This document shows, one piece after another, positions 1 to 9,467 of a stretch of 64,000 bases of DNA (position 1 is the stretch's first letter; each line of letters begins with the position of its first letter). A program made the position numbers and the translations under genes. The stretch is from positions 16,244,001 to 16,308,000 of the forward strand of contig NC_047064.1 of NCBI RefSeq assembly GCF_902459465.1, in the 5' to 3' direction. The notes beneath the pieces were generated by a model. The model did no database searches. It worked only from the letters and a program-made list of their open reading frames with translations, and was not told where the DNA came from. This DNA is from Asterias rubens (Eukaryota).

Positions 1-337
1 ATTTAGTGTTGCTACAAACTGCTGTATTTATGTCGCACTGCCACGATACCCTGATATTTATATTCATGATTCAAAATGATGGAGCGTTATTCAGCCACCC
101 GTCAGACGGTTTGACCAAAGAGACGTTTCTGCTCTTCCATGCTAATGTGTAAATTTGTGGTTTCCATTTAAAGATTTTGTTTAAGTTGCTCTTATTTTTT
201 AACCAATAGTCTAAGCCATAATTATAATTTGTTGATGATTCTGCTTTTTAAAATTTCAATCTTCCGTCTTGGTCGTTGTCGTTGGTCGTACTCCTTTTAT
301 CTCTGGTCTTCACTGGTACAACCGCAAAGCCTATGTT

Positions 338-342
338 TTAAT
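338..342 (-). CDS. Probable terminal coding micro-exon (AT TAA) of the small secreted protein gene, followed by 3' UTR
   Basis: Minus-strand TGTTGTTTGCAG|AT TAA. A phase-1 join to exon 852-1232 gives ...PSCPVL-D-stop. The acceptor is clear but use of this exon is inferred. Confidence 0.35.
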
Positions 343-851
343 CTGCAAACAACATCAGACAAAAGACGCAAACATTTTGAGTGACCAATGAGAGTTAAGA
401 ATACAAATAAAGAGTTTGTCACTGACATTTCTTTCCACAAAAATAATTTCCACATTAAATATGTTACCTTCTTTTAACGGTTTATGTAAATTGGAACTTG
501 GAGTTTGCGTTCAGAAAGACGCGTTACTGAAAGGCACTCAAACTATCATGTAATTGTTCATTGCACAAATACATACAAAATGACATTGTCCAAAAGGGAA
601 ACCCCGAACGGGCCCACTAAATGTTCACGCATCAAAAACTGAAAGCCAAGGGACAATCAAAACTACAGGCAAACGACCGTAGACAACAAAGAAATCATAT
701 AGCAAGTAAACAAAATCACAAAGAAGATGGAAAAGGTACAATTTTGAAATGGCAGCAAATTATTGCACAAGCATGACAAAAAATATTTAGGAGAATCATT
801 CTGTTTCTATTGTCTCAGTGATAGGGGGGGCTCAAGATTTTGATTTGTTAC

Positions 852-1232
852 CTAGTACAGGGCAAGAGGGTTGGAAACCCATGCACAAGCTGATCTTCTT
901 TATGTCTCCTCTGTATAAGATGAAGCACCCGAAGTTTTTACGATCTCCGGAACAGCCTTTCAATCCCGTGAAAACCGCTTGTTGCGATTCGAAGTGCACA
1001 TCGTCACCCTGATCCTGGTCGGCTTCGCTGAGTAATTGGGGGGAGCCCTGGATCAAATCTTCCTGGTCACTGACGTCTGTATCACTACCGTAGGCGTACA
1101 TTGCCCACTTTCCCTGAGTGCCTGCTATAAATTCACCGTCGAACTTGAAGACAGCTCCAATTTTGGTGTGAGCACTGTCAATCCAGTTGGGATTGCCAAC
1201 GAAACTCGCACTCTTTTCGTATTTTCCTTCGG
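852..1232 (-). CDS. Main exon (381 bp, phase 1-1) of a small secreted Cys-containing protein, possibly hemopexin-repeat-like
   Basis: Polypyrimidine acceptor TTTCCTCTTTTTGTTTTAAAG| and donor G|GTAACA. Open frame EGKYEKSASFVGNPNWIDSAHTKIGAVFKFDGEFIAGTQGKWAMYAYGSD...GCSG...GCFIL...LCMGFQPSCPVL, which includes ORF 832..1101. Confidence 0.75.
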
Positions 1233-1796
1233 CTTTAAAACAAAAAGAGGAAATTATTTAATTAAGACGTTCCATACTTCTGTTGGAACATAATATGAGA
1301 ATTGATCGGTACATAGAAAATAGACAATTAATTATACGAAAACATTGTTGGGGAAACACATAATCAAACTGAGTTAATAAATTGTTGTGTGAAAGTGCGC
1401 CAATTTTTGTTTAGCAAATTGGAGGAGAAAATGTTCAAAGAAGCATGTTCAAAGAAGCATAATGACAATTTTAAGCTGTAACTTTGAAGAAGAAAAAAAA
1501 AGGAAAACAAAATGCAGTTACAAAAATAACCCTGTTCACAGGTCCATTACAACTATATACATTTCACTATATACCTTTCACAAAAACATTCTGGGAGAAC
1601 AAAGTGACTCGGGTACCAAAACCCAGCCGAAAAAAGGAGGGGTAGAATTGTACATCCCTCGAAACTCAGACATGACAAAATGTGCGATATATTGGAAACA
1701 AACATGTGGAATTTATAAATTTTTGAAATGTTAGCGTAGAAAAATGTGTTGCTATAAAAACCCAATAGCACTAGCAGCAATAACATACAAACATCG

Positions 1797-2132
1797 GTTT
1801 AAATGCACTGGGCACATGATGTTTTTACTCAAAAAAGTTTGTACTAGCATATAACAACTTACTCGATACTGAGTAATGGAGAGCTATTGATAGTATAACA
1901 CATCGTGAGAAACGACTCCCTCTGAAGTAGCGTTGTTTTTTTAGGAAAGTAATTTCTCACTCAAATATTTGGCCCTGATTGAAGACCTTAGGCCTAAGCC
2001 TTTTTTAGGCATCTGAGTGCGCACAAATTTGTGCAACAAAGGTGTTTCTTCCCCTTTATTTACTCTCTAACCAAAATTTGTTGAAATGCACCAAGTGGGA
2101 ATGCTGGCCTTTGACAATTACCAAAAGTTGTC
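1797..2132. mobile_element. Degenerate TTAA MITE, family A-related subfamily
   Basis: Shares the internal GTGAGAAACGACTCCCTCTGAAGT and TTTGACAATTACCAAA blocks with family A; right end is disrupted. Confidence 0.6.
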
Positions 2133-2211
2133 TGGGGGTTGATTTCACAAGGAGTTAGGACTAGTCCGGAGATATTACAAACATAAGGCTAGCCCTAATT
2201 CGATATTGCAT

Positions 2212-2597
2212 TTAAAGGCAGTGGACACTATTGGTAATTACTCAAAATAATTATTAGCATAAAACTTTTCTTGGTGACGAGTTCTAGGGAGAGGTTGATG
2301 GTATAATACATTGTGAGAAACGGCTCCCTCTGAGTGCCATAGTTTTCGAGAAAGAAGTAATTTTCCATGAATTTGATTTCGAGACCTCAGATTTAGAACT
2401 TGAGGTCTCGAAATCGACCATCTAAACGCACACAACTTCGTGTGACAAGGGTGTTTTTTTCTTTCATTATTATCTCGCAACTTTGACGACCGATTGAGCT
2501 CAAATTTTCACAGGTCACTTATTTTATGCATATGTTGAGATAAACCAACTGTGAAGGCTAGTGTTTGACAATTACCAAAAGTGTCCACTGCCTTTAA
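2212..2597. mobile_element. TTAA-flanked MITE family A (Kolobok-like), full copy in intron 1 of the secreted-protein gene
   Basis: TTAA|AGGCAGTGGACAC...GTGTCCACTGCCT|TTAA, ~380 bp, with internal GAGACCTC/GAGGTCTC hairpin. TTAA TSD with RR...YY termini fits Kolobok rather than piggyBac (CC...GG). Confidence 0.85.
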
Positions 2598-2663
2598 AAA
2601 ATTTAATTTTGAGATCAAATAATTATCAAGTTAAATTATTCAATACACAATAAAATTGCATAC

Positions 2664-2718
2664 CTGCAAGGAACAAGAAGGCAGCAATTACTGCTGTGAA
2701 TAGCATTGTGCTGGCCAT
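2664..2718 (-). CDS. Signal-peptide exon 1 (MASTMLFTAVIAAFLFLA) of the small secreted protein
   Basis: ATG at 2718, 18-aa hydrophobic stretch, donor G|GTATGC in phase 1. Joins in frame to the exon at 1232 (G|CC = Ala, giving ...FLAAEG-KY). Confidence 0.75.
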
Positions 2719-2818
2719 GCTGAGACAAGTTCGAATCACACTGAGACAAGAGCGGTTTCTTTCTGCGTCTGTTCGGGTGTTGTTTGGTCGAGAGTGCTCA
2801 ATCTTCAAAATCCTGCAC

Positions 2819-2826
2819 TTTATATA
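2819..2826 (-). promoter_or_regulatory. TATA box of the secreted-protein gene
   Basis: TATATAAA on the minus strand ~100 bp upstream of the ATG, with an Inr-like CACT ~30 nt downstream. Confidence 0.55.
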
Positions 2827-3720
2827 CTTATTGCTACACAGCCTAATCAATACAGTGACAGCTGCCCTCATTGTTTTACACAATCTACTCGAATATTATC
2901 AATGTCCTTCGTAGATGTCCGTGGCCCTGTTTTTAAAATTCAATTGATTTCGTAACAACTCAAAAAATGCAACCCCCCCCCCCCCCCCTGGAAGTGTCAT
3001 TGAAATATCTCCTTACCCTCGGAATTGTGGAGTTTAGTTAAGTTAAACTCGCTTATGCACAATTTATTGTAGTGATTCATCACCATGGATGCACAATATT
3101 GTTAACTCGTTGCTACAAATGGTAACCCACCCCAAACAGGGCCCAATTTCATGGCTCTGCTTACCGCCAAATTCTGCCCTTACGATCACCATTGTCCGCT
3201 AACGTGCACATGCTGAATTTCTGCACTAGCTGTGAGAGCGTAGAATGTCTAGTACAAACGCACGTCGTGCACGAGCCAAAATTCGCCGTTGAAATACCCC
3301 GTGAAAAACTACAGAACCTCAGTTAGTAATATTTGAAGGGAAGCTTTCCACTATCATTATCTTCAAACCCTGTAAGTTTAATGTAAATCTGTGGACATTG
3401 TGAAAAAAGTACCCAAATCCTTTAACAAAAAACGTTCCCTCTCCATAGAAATGAACAAACTGGTCTAAAATCACTAAATTAATTGATAGCAACGCAACAC
3501 ATGACGTCATCAACATATAGACTCGCAATGTTTAGGATCTACTTAGTGCTTTGTCATCAAAATTCAAGCGAATTGGAAATAAGATTCATCGCTCGCTGCT
3601 TTTTAAATTTTCACGTAGAATCAAGTAAACTGACAATTTCATTTTGTGCAAAAAGTGAAGTGTTAAGTTTATTATTAAGTTTACCATTATAAACGATTAA
3701 TTAGTTACAGCTGAGTTATA

Positions 3721-4083
3721 AATGCAATTGACACGTTTGGTAATTGTCAAAGACCGGCATTCTCACTTGGAATCCCAACATATATGCATAAAATTAAAAA
3801 TCTCTGAAAATTTTAACTCAATTGGTCATAGAAGTTGCATGAGAACAATGAAAGAAAAAACACCCTTTGGCACATTTTGTGTGCTTTCAAATGTTTAATA
3901 AAAATGTTTTAGACCTGAAGTCTACTTGTTTCAATATATTTGAGTGAGAATTACCTCGTTCTCAAAAAGTTCGTTTAATACTTCAGAGGGAGCCATTTCT
4001 AACACTGTTTCATACTATCAACAGCTCTACATCTGCTAATTTATGGTTTTATGGTAGTCACCAATGGTGTCCATTGCCTTTAA
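3721..4083. mobile_element. TTAA MITE, family A-related subfamily, reverse orientation
   Basis: ATTGACACGTTTGGTAATTGTCAAAGACC...GGTGTCCATTGCCTTTAA; paralogous copy at 15675-16040. Confidence 0.7.
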
Positions 4084-4680
4084 CACTTTAATACATATAA
4101 TGATATTATTATATGAACCTTCATTAAGGCATATAGCAGCGAAAAGGAACGTCCATTTAGTGTGTTTTCCTTTGTCAAACAAAAATATTATTATCTATTT
4201 TCGAGTCAGTAAGTGAAAACTGTGATTTTCTGTTTGCAGTCTACTCAGTGGGACTGAGTGTGCCAACATATCCTGATTCATCATGTTTACTAGTGAGCAA
4301 CGAGATCATCCCTTTTACGTTGCTTACCGCTGAATTCTACCTTTACGGTGCACCCTGTAAAGATTTTAACTGTAATGAGCCGTGAGCGCAAAGTCCGTGT
4401 TAAAGAGCGCCCTCGCCCCGTCTAAGCACCCCTTTCGACGGGCTACAGATAGGATAAAGACTGGTACTTGCTTTTCAGACCCAGCGATTGATTTCATTTG
4501 ATGCTATAATTTCGTTGATTAAACGTGCAGTGACGTAAGCTCACTACGTATGTGTTTTGATTGGCATATTGCGGTTGTCTGTATAATATGAATCTATAGT
4601 GATTGACCAACGCTAGATGCCACTCTCTAGCGTTTTTCACGAGCCTCGACGTAAGAATTCCAGGCAGGCTAGTTTGGGCT

Positions 4681-5270
4681 TAGACTGGGACCCTGACTTT
4701 ATCCGCAAGGATAACGACATGTACTTTCTATTCAGATCTAGTGATTCCATTGGATACAATGCAGTGACTATACACTGTACATAGTACATGCAGTGACATC
4801 ACAGACCAATCAAACACAGGGTGCGTTCGTTTAGCTTCCCTGGGTCTACCCCGCGGTGCTCACTCGGGTGAGCCCCTGACAAGAGCTAAACGAACGATCA
4901 CTCACCGCTGTCGTATTGACGTCATGCACCTGGGGCCAGCCCCTAAGTGACCCACTCCACAAGCAAGGCACTTGGGGCTGACATGGGTGAGCCCCTGGAA
5001 TAACGTCAGAGCTATTCGAACGCACCGGGGGCAGACCGGGGTCGACCCAGGGAAGCTAAACGAACGCACCCAATGATAATGGAAAGCTTACTTTCGGTCG
5101 TCTGCATGCTGTGTATACATGTGTATTATCACAGTACATGCATGTTGACTACGTATCTCTCTGTTAAATTAATGTATAGGTGGAAGGTGAAGATGCACGA
5201 CGGCTGGATGCCAGTCTCTGGCGTTATTCACGAGCCTCGAAGTGTGACGTAACATAAAATGTCTAGGCCA
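4681..5270. mobile_element. Non-autonomous TAG...CTA element (AcademH-like), unit 2 of a tandem array
   Basis: Starts TAGACTGGG and ends ATGTCTAGGCCA (variant of GTCCAGGCTA). Flanked by GTTTGGGCT at 4672-4680 and 5271-5279. Confidence 0.65.
4820..5070. mobile_element. MITE with 33-bp TIR GGTGCGTTCGTTTAGCTTCCCTGGG (PIF/Harbinger-like)
   Basis: TIR has one mismatch; flanks are CAG/CAA; absent from the paralogous site at ~16795. Confidence 0.8.
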
Positions 5271-5279
5271 GTTTGGGCT

Positions 5280-5780
5280 TAGCCTGAACGTCTGACGTCA
5301 TTCCTCGAGGCTCGTGAATAACGCCAGAGACCGGCATAAAAAACCGGCGTGTAGTTCGACCGTTGACCTCCCTCATTTCACATTGTGCGTCTACCCTGTG
5401 GTGCTCACTCGGGTGAGCCCCTGACAAGAGCTAAACGAACGACCACTCACCGCTCTTGTAGTGACATCGTTCACCTGGGGCCAGCCCCCAAGTGACCCAC
5501 TCCACAAGCAGGGCACTGGGGGTTGACCCGGGTGAGCCCCTAGAATGACGTCAAAAGCTATTCGAACGCACCATGGCAGACCGGGGATGACCAAGGGAAG
5601 CTAAACGAACGCACCCAGAGATACGCGACGATCATGCGGCAGTACTGCATGTACTGTTTGGGCATGGAAAGCTCATGTCACTGCACGTATCCAATGATAT
5701 CATTGTATACAATGGAATTGCTGGATCTAGCGGCGGGGACCTGTCTTTGTCATTGTGGATAAAGACAAGGGCCCAGTCTA
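5280..5780. mobile_element. Non-autonomous TAG...CTA element (AcademH-like), unit 3, inverted relative to unit 2
   Basis: TAGCCTGAAC...GCCCAGTCTA with exact 9-bp TSD GTTTGGGCT (5271-5279 / 5781-5789). The paralogous site at 17012-17020 is empty. Confidence 0.75.
5389..5615. mobile_element. Second copy of the GGTGCG MITE, lacking its left TIR
   Basis: Colinear with 4845-5070; ends GAAGCTAAACGAACGCACC|CAG. Confidence 0.75.
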
Positions 5781-6731
5781 GTTTGGGCTGAGCGAAGAGA
5801 GTGCCTTATGTCAGACATTTTTTTGACACTAGGTGGCAGCAGACTTATGCAAACAAACTACAACAAGATTATTAATTATAAAGCAAATTGATGGCGTGAT
5901 CATGCAACTGTGGCAAAATAACACGTGTTATCTGAGGCCGAGAGACTTTTCAATGTTTTAAAAGTATGCTTTTAAATCATCAGCATTAAGCATTGAGTGC
6001 TAAGGGAAGGTTAACGGTATGCACCACGTTGCAACATTCGTCTATTTGTAGACCGCCCTCTCGTGAGAACTCTTATGAAGAGAAACTTCCTCCTAGTTTT
6101 GATTAGGGCGGTAACGAAGACTTGATTTGACTAGAAATGTCATCACTTCAATAATTGTTCCTAAAGTTGGGCTAACTCTTGTCACTTGATTTCTCAGGCT
6201 CAGATAAGTCACGTGATCACGACATCAAGTATTACTTCCCGTCGTGTTACGTTATTACTAAAACTGAACCAAACTAAATCCCAATTATTATTTACAATTA
6301 TCGTGAGTAATATCTATCTAACAAAAATATGGACACATATTATTCACGTAGTGGACCAAACGATCCGATATTAAAGCCTGATCTATACGGTTCTTTCCAA
6401 CGAATCTCTTGTGCTTTTTAAACTAAATATAAATACTGCCGAATAAATACCTTGGCAAAGTGGTTGAAAACATTTTCTAGACGAACAATAAAAAGCCAAT
6501 TGTTTTTTTTTTTTCACCAAAACTCAACACATTTTCAAGAGTTCCCAAGTACCAATTACTAAAAATGTTTAATATTCAAACGCCCTCTGTCGTTAGACAT
6601 TATACAGCCTCTTTTCTCTGATTGTGCTAAAATTGCTTTAAGTTTGTAGTGTGTATAAACTGTTTCATGTACCAAAGGGGAACAACAATCCATTGTTCAA
6701 TGAGTCGTTTTTGTCGTGTTAGCCAATTAAG

Positions 6732-7116
6732 TTAAAGGCAGTGGACACTATTGGTAATTACTCAAAACAATTATTATCATAAAACCTTACTTGGTAACGA
6801 GTAATGGGGAGCTGTTGATAGAATAACACGTTGTGAGAAACGGCTCCCTCTGAAGTAATGTAGTTTTCGAGAAAGAAGGTTTTTTCACGAATTTGATTTC
6901 GAGACCTCAGATTTAGAATTTGAGGTCTCGAAATTAAGCATCTGAAAGCACACAACTTCGTGTGACAATGGTGTTTTTTCTTTCATTATTGTCTCGTAAC
7001 TTCGACGACCGATTGAGCTCAAATTTTCACAGCTTTGTTATTTTATGCATATGTTGAGATACACCAACTGTGAAGAGTAGTCTTTGACAATTACCAATAG
7101 TGTCCACTGTCTTTAA
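6732..7116. mobile_element. TTAA MITE family A, full copy
   Basis: TTAA TSD and TIRs; internally deleted paralog at 17829-17976; absent from the more diverged paralog at ~19285. Confidence 0.85.
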
Positions 7117-7596
7117 CTAAAATTATGTATGAAAAACAACGGACATAATGTTAATTAACATTTTTATTCTACCTCTAATAATTCACTGTAGTATAGAGTG
7201 CACATTTGTGTATGGAGTGCGATATAGGTAGGCCTACATTAGTTCATTTTTCGCAAAACGATGATGTCATAATAGATCGATGACACGTAACGAACAAACG
7301 GCGGACTTGATGTTTATAACGTCTCAATTCGGCCGAAACCAAACAAGGACTTAATGAGAAATGAGATATTCTTACAGTTTTGAAGAATCGACTCTTTTTA
7401 ATTCTCTCAATTAGTATAGACTCACCTTGCAAACAACTTGTAGAGGTGATATTCTCAATTTCAGAGATCTTGTTGCATAAAAACGGTGAATTTTGCGGAA
7501 ATCATGATACGCAACATCGACATTGTCATTGCGGAACTTGTCATTTACTCGACTTGGATATCATTGTAAATGATGAAGCTGCATATAATGAAGATC

Positions 7597-8219
7597 TTAC
7601 AATGGTCTGGTTTCGGTCTGCTGTGTTGGGTTAATGGATAAAGATGGCGCATCTGTAGACTCTTCTCCAGGACGCACTCGCTTTCGACCAAATCGGCTCC
7701 CTACACGTTGCTTGAGCTGTACACGGAAATGCTCGTACTTGAAGCAATAAACGACTGAATTCACGTTCATGTTACACATGACTAATGTTTTACATGTTTG
7801 GTTTAAAAAAATATATAGTGAAGGTGTTGAGGAAGTCAGGACACCATGGCATAGAGTATACGAAACGTCTGCATCAGAGTCCCGCAAATGAAAAACATGC
7901 AACCAGCGATCAGCATCGTAGTGATGACGTTTCTTTTAGCCTTACTGAAGACACCATCTTGCTGATTGGCGTTAGCATTGTCAAGTTTGTGTCGAAGAAC
8001 GACGAGTATTCTACAGTACGAAAACGATATGAAGATCACTGGAATTATATATTCGATGAAAATACTGACACAGACCACAATCTTCAATCCTGTGGGACTA
8101 ATGGATGGATCAAAGCTGCACTTACTCCCATTGATTGTGTAGACGTAGAAAAACCTCAGCGAATAAGTGAAACCGAAGATCCAAGCAACACACATTGAAA
8201 CTTTGATCTTGAAGAGTGA
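7597..8219 (-). pseudogene. GPCR pseudogene P1 (subfamily B): 5'-truncated and frameshifted
   Basis: Homology starts at SLFKIKVSM (TM4). A 1-bp deletion near 7847 relative to the 19.98-kb paralog shifts the frame; the C-terminus (...RVRPGEESTDAPSLSINPTQQTETRPL) is in ORF 7597..7902. Confidence 0.9.
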
Positions 8220-8477
8220 TTTTGCAAGAGTTAGGGGTAGCATGCGCCAGCATAATGAATTAAAGTTTTTGTCGTGTTCAAAAAGACCTATACTGATGGG
8301 AAGTGTGCAATGCAATAATTCTCACGCCTACTCAGTTCTGTGAGATACGAGAAACTGTTTTGAAAAAATTCATTTAGACTGACAAGGATACCAAAACACA
8401 GTTGTTACGGGTGGTACAAAGTTGTAGTGTGGACCAATGCTAACATCCAAAAGCAAATTGCTGCCAGATTTCGGTTC

Positions 8478-9467
8478 TTAGCTTACCGTTGCTGTTGTAG
8501 TCTGCTGTACCGGGAATATGGCTAATGCGGTCCCGTTAGACTCCTCTCCAGGACGCACTCGGTTTCGACCAAATCGGTTCCGTACAAGTTGCTTGACCTG
8601 TGTACGGAAATATTGGTATTTGAAGCAATAAACGACTGGATTCACGCTCATGTTGCACATGACCAATCCGGTCAAAATTATTCTGACCAACTCGGTTGGT
8701 GCCCCCGTAATTCCGAAACAATACAAAAACCGCATCATCTCCAATGGTGTACAACAAATGAAAAGCATAACGCCAGCTATTAACATTGTCATTACGACGT
8801 TTCGCTTTGCTTTACTCAATACACCATCTGCTTGCTGGTTGATTGTGCCATTAATCATCTTGTGTCGCAACAAAAGAAGAATTCGTTTGTAAGAAAATGA
8901 TATCAGAACTACTGGTATAGTGAACTCAACTAAAAATGAAGAACAAAAGAGTGGGACTCTGCTAATGTGTAAAAAGAACCACTCGTACATACACTTTGAT
9001 TGCTCAACTGTGAATATGAACACATATGTAAGTGCATGTGTAAAGCCGATGATCCACGCAGCACACATTGAAACTCTGATTTTGAAGAGTGAGCAGTAGT
9101 TGCGGTGTTTGACCGGATGGCACGTGGCAAGAAAACGCTCCAGCGATATCACCACCAGATTGTACGTGGACGTCACACTTAAACCCCAAACAAAAAAACT
9201 TGAGTGAATGAATCTACAGAGAAAAACACCAAATAAATTTCTCTCAAAATTCTCCAGAAGTGAGCTCTGTTTGATCCCAACCATGAGGAGAAACACCATA
9301 CCAGAGATGAGGTCAATGATGGATTGGTGACGGATAAGTCGGTTAGTGAAGGAGCTGAACTGTTCACGTCGGACCGTCATGACGAAAATCACTAAACCGT
9401 TTCCGAGAATGGCTGAGCATCCGATAGCGACGTTAAACGCTGTGGCTAAACCACCATTTGATGCCAT
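8478..9467 (-). CDS. Single-exon class A GPCR, 329 aa (subfamily A), putative chemoreceptor/orphan
   Basis: Seven hydrophobic segments; GN (TM1), D (TM2), LERF (DRY-equivalent), TM4 W, TM5 P, CCTP (TM6), NPVVY (TM7). Confidence 0.93.
   Translation of the reverse strand: MASNGGLATAFNVAIGCSAILGNGLVIFVMTVRREQFSSFTNRLIRHQSIIDLISGMVFLLMVGIKQSSLLENFERNLFGVFLCRFIHSSFFVWGLSVTSTYNLVVISLERFLATCHPVKHRNYCSLFKIRVSMCAAWIIGFTHALTYVFIFTVEQSKCMYEWFFLHISRVPLFCSSFLVEFTIPVVLISFSYKRILLLLRHKMINGTINQQADGVLSKAKRNVVMTMLIAGVMLFICCTPLEMMRFLYCFGITGAPTELVRIILTGLVMCNMSVNPVVYCFKYQYFRTQVKQLVRNRFGRNRVRPGEESNGTALAIFPVQQTTTATVS

Larger units (their letters stand above)
3640..8219. repeat. Segmental duplication, copy 1 (3' flank plus 3' half of a subfamily-B GPCR)
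   Basis: Colinear with 15590-18853, e.g. GTGAGCGCAAAGTCCGTGTTAAAGAGCGCCCTC at 4382 and 16331. 7226-7521 is identical to 18086-18381. Confidence 0.9.
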
